64,000 nucleotides of DNA from Nitrospirales bacterium (GTDB taxonomy: Bacteria; Nitrospirota; Nitrospiria; Nitrospirales; UBA8639): positions 2,624,001-2,688,000 of the forward strand of contig CBDBCZ010000018.1 of NCBI GenBank assembly GCA_965203295.1, given 5' to 3'. Below, piece after piece: positions 29,925 through 42,200 of this stretch; positions within the stretch are counted from its first letter, which is position 1, and each line of letters opens with the position of its first letter. The position numbers and the translations under genes were made by a program. The notes under the pieces are model-generated. The model did not search any database. It saw only the letters and a list, made by a program, of their open reading frames with translations, and was not told the DNA's origin.

Positions 29925-30710
29925 GTACCATGGGTTTCTAGGGTGTATGGGTTTGTACTCTTCGTGCAGTTATATGTATTCCCGAGGGCCATAAGGGGGG
30001 TCCTTACATTTCAATGGTGGTCCGAAAATTTCAGTGCATTTCTGAAATATTAGTTCCAGGGGGTCCACATATTTCGAAATATTTGGACCGGGGGAAACAA
30101 TTTTGGGGGGGTCCAAATTTATCATGACACTCCCTGCAAATTGAATCCGTGTAGCTAGTAAAATTAAATGTACATTCATGAGAGTCTAGCACTTAGCTAG
30201 TAAGTGTGCGCACCTCTGGTCTTGTGACTCGGTAACTGCCCTCAGAGTACAAATCCCATACACCCTAGAAACCCATCGTACAACTATTACATGTATGTTG
30301 TATGTGTCACGCTTAGGAATGCAATTATACTGCGTACTGTGCGGAAGTTCCATCTATGCCAATGGATGACGACGGCGAGACGAGCGGGGAGAGGGCTAAG
30401 CGTCTTGCTACTCTACGAAAAAAAAAAAAATGAGAGGCAGACAAAGCCGCAGCTAAAAGACTGAAGAGGGCCGAGTCACAAGACCAGAGGTGCGCACACT
30501 TACTAGCTAAGTGCTAGACTCTCATGAATGTACATTTAATTTTACTAGCTACACGGATTCAATTTGCAGGGAGTGTCATGATAAATTTGGACCCCCCCAA
30601 AATTGTTTCCCCCGGTCCAAATATTTCGAAACATGTGGACCCCCCGGAACTAATATTTCAGAAATGCACTGAAATTTTCGGACCACCATTGAAATGTAAG
30701 GACCCCCCTT
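29925..30710. repeat. Interleaved inverted repeats: 29993-30232 vs 30471-30710 (~240 bp, near-perfect) and ~29925-29960 vs ~30244-30281
   Basis: ORFs 29970- and 30524+ are nearly identical; arms checked by eye. Confidence 0.92.
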
Positions 30711-31840
30711 CAAATTGCACAATTTCCTGAATATAAACTCAATACATGATTTGGACCCACCCCACACACACACACAAGTTGGATTAACAATGACAAAAAG
30801 AAAATGATACGTTATACTACGTTATACATGTACACAGTACGCTTTCTGTCCTTGCTCAAGGGGTGCAGCCGTTCTTCAGAACGTACTCGATAGCGACTTC
30901 CAATATAGTGTCTTCTTTATCAACTGCATAGAGGGGGTGCAATGCTACACAACTCACTTATAAACTAATACAGAACAGGTTACTCAGCCTCAAACAATTT
31001 ACTCCAAATGGTCATTGTGTGGCGCCTCTCTTGAATGCTTCTTGACTTCTTGAGATTCACACTTTCACTACAGGGCTTGAAATCCATAATTACTGGATGA
31101 GATGTAGGACCTAAAGGGAAACATGAATGAATGGACTGTAGCTACTTTGGATGAGCCTTAGCAAACCCTACATACATGTAGTGAAAGCAGAAAATGTAAA
31201 GCCACTGCATGCCGGATGGACACACCCATTGCCTACATATGCCTATTGATGCTACATCCATTAATTTATAATTACTGGATGAGATGTAGGACCTAAAGGG
31301 AAGCATGAATGAATGAACTGCAGCTAGTCTCAGACTGTGCAAACCCCTCATATGTAGCTAGTTCAAGCAGAAAGCGTGAAGCCATGAAAGTAGATGTAGT
31401 TACGCAACAATTATTGCAAACTCGAGCTTAAACATGAACCGCTGCATGGAAACATGGCTAAAAAATCCATATGACAAAGTATACTATCAAATAAGTGTAT
31501 ACTGGAGAAAAAATGCACATAATTATTGAAACACAACGTATCTGCAAAAACAGCCTTTACTTATTGTGCTCTATTGTTGAACCCAAATAAGAGTCCTATA
31601 TTCTCCACTTCACCCTTGTTTCTATAGTAACAGGTGGGTAATAAATCCCATATACTGACAGGACAAGAAGTTATACTCCAGCCCTCAGGGCAGGAAGTTG
31701 TCCTTATGAAACAAGCGAAATCTCAAATAGAGAATAATGGGTGGCTCCACATAGTCTGGATCTGAATTATGTTAACAAGGATGCCCATTGTTTCGCACCT
31801 GTATAATACTTCCACTTAAAGAATATAACAGATAAACCGA

Positions 31841-31938
31841 GGTAGCCAGCTGGGATTTATGGCCATAAACAGCCCTCGCCCTCGGGCTTTGCCCTCGGGT
31901 TCGGGCAGTTTATGGACCATAAATCCCTGTGGTTTACC
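31841..31938. repeat. Hairpin element with two TC/TC (minus strand GA/GA) mismatches
   Basis: gggatttatggccataaacagcccTCgcccTCgggc-ttt-gcccTCgggtTCgggcagtttatggaccataaatccc. Confidence 0.8.
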
Positions 31939-32800
31939 TAGTATGTAACAATACAGTGAACATGTACTTTGGCATGCATACGCAAGTAACTGACAATAAA
32001 AGATTTCATTAAAGCGACTTACGGATCAGAAAACTCCCAAAAAGCACATCTGTAGTCACTTCCATTTTCTACCTATATACATGTACGTACGTATGTGCGT
32101 ACATAAAAAATCATTAGGATGAAAATACAGCTTTACAGTCTATACCATATATTCATGCACCAAGTGACCTGCTTTAGTAAAGTGGGAACAGCTACTACCC
32201 TTTAAAGAGGACTGTACAGCAATGCAATCCCTGGCACATTAACATGCACCCTTCTTAATACTCGCTAGAATACTATTGGTAAAGTAGTACTTCATAGTAG
32301 CTCTTGCCAGTAGGATGTACGTACACGTATATGCTGTCGTGATCTACCTTCATTCAAGATTAGACATGCTAACAAAACAGCTGTTTCCAGAGTAACATAA
32401 AGCTGACCAACATCATAAAACATTTGCAAGTATTATTGGTATGTTCGGTATATTAATTACATTATGTGTTAAAAACAAACCTCATCGAAAGTGCTGCACT
32501 CGAAATTCTCGTGACGACACTGCTGTGGAAATTACCATGGAGGCAACAGCAGTGGAAGCACTACAGAGAGAGATAAACCTTTGTGGTAATGGCTTCCTGG
32601 AATGTTATAACTCCTGTACATGTTTATAGCACAGGTATAATGATACACAGCAATGAACATCGCATCGATCTTTGCAGTGAACACCTACCAATGCCCATAT
32701 TGGTCTAGCTAGGTCCTGACTTCTCTATGTGCTATAACACACAGAAAGCAAGGTTCATATCATTGGTGTCACCTAAAGAGGGGTTATATTAATTACACTG

Positions 32801-32985
32801 CAGTGAAAGGACATGAATATGCTGTTCCTCCTTATCCAATTGGAAGAATTGGGTGGGCCCGGGTTGAATGGCACACTGTGTACAGACACATATACACATA
32901 CCCTGTTGGCAGCACAACTTTCATATTCTGGAATAAAACATATGTTACTGGTACTGTATTCCCTGTAGAGTATAAGAAAAGCTAG
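32801..32985 (+). other. Possible terminal exon of an unknown gene (KGHEYAVPPYPIGRIGWARVEWHTVY...EYKKS*)
   Basis: ctgcag acceptor and a protein-like 60-codon frame; upstream exons not resolved. Confidence 0.35.
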
Positions 32986-34205
32986 CCTAGATGGATGGCA
33001 TGTATAAAGAAAGTGGACGTACATGCACATGTATATTTATATACTGCCAGGTGTAAAGATTTAAGCCAAAATGGGTGTGTGTATAAAATTAACAGTGCAG
33101 TTCGGCATGAATGCGAGTCACTGGCTGAAAAATAAAATGTGCGTACGCAAGGCCTGTCAAACATGTGATGCATGAAGAATCAGACATGTCTATAACATTA
33201 TACACTTTCCAAATGGAGGCTTACTACAGCACCTGGGTTAGTAGAGTTTGTGTAGTCTCTGCCATGTCAGTATAATGGATGGCACAAACTGCACAATGCT
33301 AATGTGATTTCGAAGCAGCACAGCCCTCTCACATAGCAGCCAGGGCTGATCCTTAATTAATTTAAACAAAGGACCCTATATTAAATTCACATTAAGCTTT
33401 CTAGGGAAGATGCTAGCCGCTCAAATTAAGCAGTACTTGTACTCTACATGTCGACACAAAGAAAAGTTCAATTGGTTTCCTAACTTACCCTCCAATACAC
33501 ACAGGCTGGAGGGCAAGAAACCAGATGGTCTCCTGCACCATAATTTTTGTATCTTTGAGCTACATGCACATAGAGAACTTTTCATTCGGTTCTATGTGAG
33601 TTTCATAGTACATATGTTAGTGCAAAAGTAACATAATGTAGCCGCATCTCTTACACATTTCTGCAAACACATCGTACTAACACTTGGTAGGCTACATTCA
33701 GTGAATATTACTTGATGTATTGTAGCTTTTCCCACTGAGGAATTACAGTAAGTGCGGCATGAGCTGTCTACTAAACATTGGTGTAAAGGAAGGCCTGCTA
33801 TAGGCTCAATGATTGCAATATCTTTGTTATGTGTGTGCAAACTGACATGTGGATATGTAGCACAAGATAGGTGGCATGGTCAAGTGGTTTGATGAGTTCG
33901 GCATGTCTCTTAGCTCACCCATCCAAACAGGTACATCAAACTTATGCTGGGACTCTCTCTGAGACAGTTCAAAATCTCAAGTAGGAAGCCATTATATTAC
34001 TTTTGCTGTGGATAAAGATGTCACTACACAGCTTGTACATACAGTATATAGGTAGAAAACATCACATGTAGTTTACTATATCCTTTACAAACAGGAGTAC
34101 AGCAGTTACTGCAAGTGCACTTACTCCAATGTGGTTACCCCATATGGCAAGTGCTTGCACCAACAGGTACATGGCATGCACAAGCACATACACATTCAAA
34201 CATAC

Positions 34206-34759
34206 CAAGGTTATTCCCACCATTCACCACACTATCCTCAGAATCTTCCAAAGCGTTAGCAAGATAAATTGAATATCGTTCCACATTATTCAACAAGAGC
34301 TGACTACCAGCGTCAACCTGTGTGCATGTGTGCGAGCATGCTGTTACAAACGCGGTTGCAAGGTGCTACATACACAACATGTACATGTACATAATATTTG
34401 TTTCAAGCTCAGACCTCAGCTGTCCTTTAGCAAACAGCCTTATGTATGTTCTGAGTCAAACAGCTTGATTTATACACCCACCCACATATATACATATATT
34501 GTACTGCTAGCATATGCAGCAGTCATGTCAAGAGCTGCCTTCTGCATGAAATGACAACACTTTTCACCAAACCTGTAACTAAAGCACTCAATGTTCCATT
34601 GATTACAGCAAGAAGTCTAAACTGGGCACAAGACTGTGCGTGCAAATACGTTAGTGATGGTATGCATGTGTTAGCAAGGTTGAAACGTACTTCTTGCAAC
34701 GTTGTCCATCCAATTAAGTTACTTGAATCAAGTACATTGCTGAAGATACCCAAAAGATT
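34206..34759 (-). pseudogene. Two exons resembling an adhesion-GPCR GAIN subdomain A (34759-34691, 34317-34206)
   Basis: NLLGIFSNVLDSSNLIGWTTLQE / VDAGSQLLLNNVERYSIYLANALEDSEDSVVNGGNNL with canonical splice sites and matching phase; no GPS or 7TM exons found. Confidence 0.6.
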
Positions 34760-34826
34760 CTGAGGGAAAGATTCGGCGGCAAGTACCACAGTGTGAATGC
34801 TTATCAAAACACATCTACTAGGTTAC

Positions 34827-34892
34827 TAGCCTTGTCCCCAGGCTCTAGCTCTCAAGTGATAAAAGCTGAGTGAATGCCTGGGACTGAGGCTA
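34827..34892. mobile_element. MITE of the TAGCCTCG family
   Basis: tagccttgtccccaggc / gcctgggactgaggcta; degenerate 9-bp TSD ctaggttac/ctaagttag. Confidence 0.75.
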
Positions 34893-35355
34893 CTAAGTTA
34901 GCAAATGCATGCATTGCTGCAGTAGTAAATCTAATGCTTAGCTCAACAATCTATAAACCAAAATTATACACTGGTGTATGTATGACAATATAGCTAGAGA
35001 CCAAACAACTCAATGTGCAAGGAAATGAAAAATATCAAGTGTAAACCAGTGTTGGCATCACCATGAAACATTAAAACTTTCAAATGTTATAATAGTACGA
35101 AAAAACTAGTGAGATTTAGTATCAAAATTGTGTTATTTTTTGAACCATGGGTGAAATCTCATGTAAGGCTTTTCCACCTCAGATTCTCTGAGGAGACATG
35201 AAAAACAGGTTAATCCTTCCAGTGGCCTAGTGGTGAAGGCCCGAAAAGCTGAGAGCTGGGTTAGATTCTCTTGAGTACGTACACATACTTCCTGTTTCAC
35301 CCCCCTTTCTTTCTTTAGTTGGTCTTTTGCTTCTGTTTCTGTTAGTTTTCACTAC

Positions 35356-35504
35356 GTATTCTAGAAAGATTGGACAACACTGGCTATATACCCTTAGGCT
35401 GTACTCAACAACAGGACAGAAGTGATTCAGGCTCGCTAAAGAGCCTTTGCATCTGGCAGCATGGTTAAGCATTCTTGACCGGCTCATCCTGTATACATCC
35501 GCAC
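35356..35504 (-). other. Orphan coding exon (ADVYRMSRSRMLNHAARCKGSLASLNHFCPVVEYSLRVYSQCCPIFLEY)
   Basis: gtgtag acceptor, GT donor, open frame; family not recognised. Confidence 0.4.
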
Positions 35505-35963
35505 CTACACCACAGCTCAGCTACAAGTGTGTTTAGAAAGTGCAACTATCTGGACAAAAATCTCCTCCTACTTGACTATGGCATTATGGTTTCATACCTA
35601 TGTATAATTTTCTGGAATCAGAGCTTTAGCCACACGAAGGTTAAGATCTCTTTGTCTGCTGGCCAGTTTACTTCACATTTGGCACTGCGGTTCGCTCTCA
35701 ATAAACGTAATATTAATAATGTACTTGAAAAACAGACAACCATCCTGACACTAGTAGCTACGCTAGAGATGAAAGTCTCATTACTGATCATGAGCAGGGC
35801 AAGCTTTCTGGTTTCTATTCTACACAGTCTCTTGCAAGCTTTTGCAAACCTCTATCCCGACACGGGAGCTAGTCTCGCGAGCCAGACTGTACGGGACTGC
35901 TAGCTACCCTGGCTGACCAAATTACAGTACAGAACGGGTACATTTTAGCGAGTACAAACTTAC

Positions 35964-36083
35964 ATGGCTTAAAATAGCTTTAATCTCCCGTTGTATGAGT
36001 GGCCTAACTCGTACAGCAACCTCTCCATCCCTCCCTGACGAAGATTCCCGACGGTTCAGCGCACAAACGCAATTATTATCCAT
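35964..36083 (-). pseudogene. First exon with a kinesin motor N-terminal motif (MDNN...VAVRVRPLIQREIKAILSH|gtaagt)
   Basis: ATG at 36083, 40 open codons, VAVRVRP motif, GTAAGT donor; no further motor exons found. Confidence 0.65.
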
Positions 36084-36089
36084 CGAAGG

Positions 36090-36250
36090 CCCCGCCACTT
36101 CCGGTAAAGTACGCGCTCGGCGCTAGCGCGTCCGAATATACCTGGTGGCCGATATGGACTTCCGGTACGGTGGCGATAAGCCTTCCCAGGCCACGCCTAT
36201 AGTCGAAAAAACTTGCAGCTATACTAGTATATTCATTTATTGTGTTCTTC
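36090..36250. promoter_or_regulatory. Putative bidirectional CpG-rich promoter between the kinesin-like exon (-) and PLSCR (+)
   Basis: Divergent ATGs 170 bp apart; two ACTTCCGG (ETS-type) motifs; CpG-rich. Confidence 0.45.
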
Positions 36251-36252
36251 AA

Positions 36253-39200
36253 ATGGCCGAAGTATCAGCAGTGCAGCCGACCGACCAAAGCAAAGGTATA
36301 TTGTCGCTCATATTATCATGCCAAGCACTAGTACACTATTTATATACTGTGATTAACGATGTAAGCTTACATAATTTAGGCTTAAAAACACGAGCGATCT
36401 AGCTGGTGTCGACATTACGAGGGCTGATCACTTACGCGTCGCTTGTAGAAACGTTCAATAGATCGCGAAGAAACAAACATCAATGGACCTACGGTTTATA
36501 TTATCTATGGATCAACGATCATAATGGAATTATGCATGCCACCTATCTGTTACCTCATAATTATTGTTATTGTTATTACTGTATAGTACATTATATGTGT
36601 GAAGGCCCAGCAGGGCTCAGACATGAAAAATTTAAGCATTGAATGCCTGATAAGTCAAGCCTATTGTCGAGCATTCAAACTAACGATCAAGCAGTCAAGG
36701 ACAATTTTCTTGGATGAAAAGTCTTGATCTCTTTTGGAAACTTTTCTATAGGCGGTACAAGTAAGTGGAGGCGTCTACAATGACGCCATGAATTAGTTTA
36801 GTTACCAACACTTATCAAGGCTGGATATGCAAGGGGGCCAGGGTCTTGATATTATAGTTGAAACTGTCATTGGCCTGCTAGCATGCCTAGAAGTGTACAA
36901 ATGACTCGGCCTAGTACATAAGATTTTACTGCAATGGGTGTGAAATTATGATGGGGTAGGGGGGACGTACCCTGCCTTGATAAGTGCTGGTAACTAGACT
37001 AGTTCATAGTATCGTTTGGACTGCAATAAAAACACAAGGGATGTTTTACGAAAGAGATCAAGACTTTTCACTCGACCATTAGTTTAAAACTTCTTGATTG
37101 CTTGACGTTTTGTAGCCCTGCCTCCTTAGATTCTGAGAAAGATCATTGATGCATAGGTATTTGTTGCTTGGATTGGTATGCATCTACATGCAACTACTCT
37201 CATAAACAGCTAGGCGCAGCAATTGACTTGCATCTCGCTTCCTAGTCTCACAAGCCAGGCCACTTAATTTTCACAGCGATGATCGCCTTCAGTATTCAGC
37301 ATGCACATGTGCAGCTGAAAGTGACCACTGCTCCAGAGCGTGAATGGGCTGTCTTGCGAGACTATATGCTTCCAGGGTCACCTATGAATTCACTTAACTA
37401 AGGTTAGGCCCAACCAGAAGTGGAAACATATTATTAAAAATTCATGATAGTGTGCGGTTTTGACGCTTATAGCTCGACAATACGGCGATGCAAGGCCACA
37501 AAAACTATACAGGGCTAGAGTATAGAAATTGGAGAAAACCCAGAAACAAAGTTTTGTCGATGCGTGCAGTCTTTCCACCGTACAGGTGCTATATTCACTT
37601 ACCAGCTCGAAACGCATTCGCAGTAAAGCCCTCTGAATCTAAGAGACAGATGTAGCTGAAGCCACGGCTGTATCTGTAGGTCTATAGGTTACATGTCCAG
37701 ACATCGAGAATGAAGACTTATCGCCTTCCGTGTCTACTATTAGGCATTGTCCAGGACTCTGGGACATCTCGGACACCCAGACGTGAATGCCTGTGTGTCC
37801 TCTTAGGATGTTCCAGGGACCGTCTAGGACTCTGGGACATCCTGGACACCCGGATGTGAATGCCTGTGTTTAGGATGGTCCAGGACTGTTAGGAGGATAT
37901 AGAAGTCCTGGATTTGTCTGTTTTTGTCGGACACTTGTAGGCAAACCTGGACATTAAGTAATGGCCGTGATTCTGGATTTTTAATGTCGGCTCTATATGC
38001 TCTGGAAAAAGGCGATAAGTTTTATTCTCGATGTCTGGACATGTAGACCCTTTAGAAGTTTAGCATATCCGCGAATTAAACCTACAGGTAACTCGCGAGT
38101 TTTGTGATTTACCGTGACAGATTTTCTGGCAACTCACTATTGCTTTCACTTAGTACATGAGAGTATTACGTTATCATAATACATAAAGTATTATTTTATC
38201 TAAGGTTGCCATAGGTACCAAGCGGCGTACACAAACGTAGGAAACTTCCGGTTGGGCCAACCTTAATACCCTCCTATGGGTCAATCACCTCATGATGGGA
38301 ATAGAGTATGGCATGAGATCATAATCCTGTGCAAGGGAACTAAATCGATCCTCAGTATTCATGACTAGGCACTATGTAAGAGGCGGCACAATACTTTTCA
38401 AGTGGGCACGGAATGTCGTCAGTTTATGTAGCTTCGTGTTTGTTTGTTACCCGCGCTGCGTATGCGCAAGCGGGATCAAGCAATCGGTTTTGCTCGTCTG
38501 TCGTCGTCGTCGTCTGTCATACAAAAAATCCTTTCAACGGGCGATTTAGAGGATACAACAATTTCTAAACTGGAGGATAACGCTTAAGTTCGTGGTACAT
38601 TAGCTTATATATGTACCTGATAAAGTAGAACGCGGTTTTATTCTCAACATTTCTACGCTTATTCTGATTATCGGTGTGCTCCACCATTTTTTAATACGGC
38701 AATTGGTCACGCCTTTTTAAATACGACAATTGAATTGGTCATGCCTACAGCTTGAATACGGACATACGCAGGCGCTCGAGTATGGTATATGAGTCTTTTA
38801 TCAACATGGAACTTACAAGAGATAGAAAGCATACTGGAGTATACGTAGAGAAACGCCCTTGTCATTACTACGGCGATCAGCCACGCCTACAGCTCGTATA
38901 CGACGTTACATGAACACGGTGTGCGGATCTACATGCTGTTTCCAATCTACAGGGCTAGGGTCCAGGAGCGCAGGGTATGTCTCTGCTAGAGACTTTTAGC
39001 ATTATATGTTTCCTAGATGGTGAAAAAGTGGCAGGCAGTTCTGCTTTCACAAGTTACAACTGCACTACTCACTGAAATTGCCAGCACTTTTTACTGTACT
39101 ACATTCTTAATTACTTTAGGCAGCCTATTATAGGTAGTTCAACAGCTGCATTTAGCTGAGTCTTAATTGTGGTTGAAAAGGTTTTTAGATATCGCATCAG

Positions 39201-42200
39201 ACTTGTCATTTATAATTTATACACATATCATAACTTTGTAAAGGCCTGTGTGGCTAGGCATATCCACTGCTTTACAACTGTAGCACCAGCCAATTTTTTT
39301 CATTATGAACCAAACGTTTCGACTACCATACAGTAGTCTTCATCAGTGGCAAATGACCAAGCATGTACAATGACCACGTACACGATGAAATTGTTTGTCC
39401 CGCTATCTTGTATGGCTTGTCATTGTATACGTTGTCAGTTGTACATGCTTGGTCATTTGCCACTGAAGAAGATTACCATAATTATGGTAGTCAAATGTTT
39501 GGTTTAGAAAAAAAAAATTGGCTAGTGCTACAGTTGTAAGGCAGTGTAAATTACATATCATAACTGCCTTATATACCTTTATCAAGTAACAAAAGCTGTT
39601 CCTTTGATAGTCATCAGTTAAATTTCTGCTACTTCTACAAAACAGCAGCTGAAATGGCCCACATCCCGTCAGCTGACCAGCCACCTCCTTACTCTGGAGA
39701 GACAGCTGCAACTTTCCCCAGTCCTCCACAACAGAATGTTTCTTCTGTCGCAGGCAATCTCCCACCTGGAGGACAATACCCTTCATCAGGTAAATAGCTA
39801 GTCACTTATACATAGATGGAAATCAGTAGTTTCACAAGATATCACTGTGTGTGATCATACATGCTGCAGACTCCACCTGTACCTCCTTGTTGCTTGCTGC
39901 AGCAAAACCTCTTTGAAGGACTGTCTCACATTCTCATATAGAAGTGTAAAACAATGGCTCATCCCCAGCTTTGTGCGTTTTCAGTAAGAAAGGCAGAATA
40001 CTTTGTCTTCCTGCAGGCGAAAATGCTGGGACAACTGGGTACAAGGCTGAACAATTTTTTTTTTTGGGGGGGGGGGGGATGGCAATCTAATCATTCATAC
40101 AGGGTTCTGCCCACACTGGTTGGCAGTGGTCGGGTCCAACCACCACCCGGCCTCTTTGACCACCGCTTAGCTAATGTTTAACTCTATTTCCAGTATTTTT
40201 AATATGGAAGAAAGCCCGTTTAGCTAACAGAAGTGTCTTGGAGCTTGTATTTTGACCACCACTCAACATCTCCTAGGCAGAACTGTTCATGCCTTAAAAA
40301 CGGGAACATTGAATACTAAGGTTGAGCTCAGCAACTGGTCAGGCCCTGCTAACTATAGTTGTACACACTGGTCAGTAGTGGTCGGGTCCAACCACCACCC
40401 GGCCTCTTTGACCACCACTCAGCTAATGTTTAACTCTATTTCCAGTATTTTTAATATGGGAGATAGCCCGTTTAGCTAACAGAAGTGTCTTGGAGCTTGT
40501 ATTTTGACCACCACTCAACATCTCCTAGGCAGAACCCTGTTACCCTGTTCATACCTTAAAAGCGGGAACATTGAATACTAAGGTTGAGCTCAGCAACTGG
40601 TCAGGCCCTGCTAACTATAGTTGTACAGGTAGAACAGTATGTAATAGGCTAGTCTCATAAGCAGACAACAACCAAACGCAGCACAGTGAAAGTACTGACT
40701 CAGCAGCTGTACCTCGTATTATCAGGATTATTCATGCCTTTATAATTGCCAACCGGGTTACAGTCTGGTATAGATGGTTTGGAGGAGGATGTTGAAGAAC
40801 ATAGTGACGGTAATAGGAAATCTGTTGTAGATATGAATAAGATTTGGAGCCAGATTAGAGAAGTAGGAGAGGAGAGGGAGGAGTGGGATTCTTGGCAAAG
40901 GAGTGCTTAGCCAGTGGAGTAGAGCTTATGAGGATGTGAATTATGTTAAGCAAAAAAGCATGTCAAAGGAGAGAGGGGCAGGAATACTTGTTTTTGGGTT
41001 GTGTTTGTATGCCTACAGATAGGGAAGCAGTTATTGAAAGTAGTTACAGATACATGTAGTTAAAAGAGGATGTGCTTTGTATGAAGAAGAGGGTCAGGTT
41101 GTACTTCTTGGTGATTTTAATACTAGAGTGGGGAAATCTTCCAAATTAAATGATGTATTAGGCATATTTGGTGAAGTAAAATGCAGTATGTGTGGTAGCA
41201 GGTTGATTTCATTTTTGAATGAGGTTGAGCTTATAGTCTATACTGGCCGTGAGTTCACTGTAGAACCACAGTGGACTAGATCTAGACCTTCTCTGAAGCA
41301 GAAGTGTATCAGGGAGTACAGTAGTACTCCATATGTAGGGATGGTCCCGGAAAAGATGGTGTCTCTCTTCAATGTGTACAAAATGACAAGTGCTGTAGGC
41401 ATTGTCTAGGACTAATATGAGCCCTACCAGTCATTCTCGAGCATTGTCATCACTAACCAGACTGTGTCATCACTAACCAGACTGTTGGGGTTGCTAAAGG
41501 ATATCTGTGAAGTACCAAACTGGCAAGTCACTAAACTGCCAAATCGTCTTGCTTCTGATTCTGATTCTGATTCTTCTTCTTCAGCCAATAATGGTTGAAG
41601 CAATCACAGTGATTCAAGCATGAACATCCTCTGGGGTATTGCATTTGCATAGCGTATTCAAAGAAATGGAATAGGTTCAGCAGCTAGCACTCTCAAGTGG
41701 ACATTGTTTGTTCCATTGCAAACTTCTGTGAGAAGATAAGCTTTCTGAGAGAGTAAAGAAATCCTGAAAAATCGGGACCCAGCTGGGGATGGAACCCAGG
41801 ACCTTCTGAATACTCGTCAGATGCTCTTACCAATTGAGCTACTGAAGCCCCTTGGCAGATCGAAGAGCAGTAGGCAAGCTTGATATAGCCACTAAACCTG
41901 CTAGTAGCACTTGCCAGTAGGACCCAGCCAATTCCAACTGTAATTACTCTCTCATTATAGGCCATCCCCCCATCTCCTAAACACGAGGAACGTGCTACAC
42001 CCAGACTTGTCATTTTGTCATATGGTAAATTACGATGACGTAGCCTGGCAGTCTGCGCGTGTTCGTGTATTTAATGCCTACCATTGATCATGCAGGCTGC
42101 TCTGGCCTCAACTGCTGAGTTACATCTTCTGGTTCTTCACTGTGTACCGTATAGTTGGAAAATTTGGCGAGGGCTTTAATTTGGCAGTTTGGCGAATCGT

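Larger units (their letters stand above)
39236..39552. mobile_element. Penelope-like inverted pseudo-LTR pair
   Basis: Inverted arms ~39262-39390 / 39420-39550, each with a hammerhead motif; flanked by direct repeat acatatcataact (39223-39235, 39553-39565). Confidence 0.7.

Noticed and set aside
33915..34005. Continuation of the GAIN-like gene
   Set aside because: The best acceptor gives stops in the needed phase, and no GPS or 7TM sequence is seen downstream.
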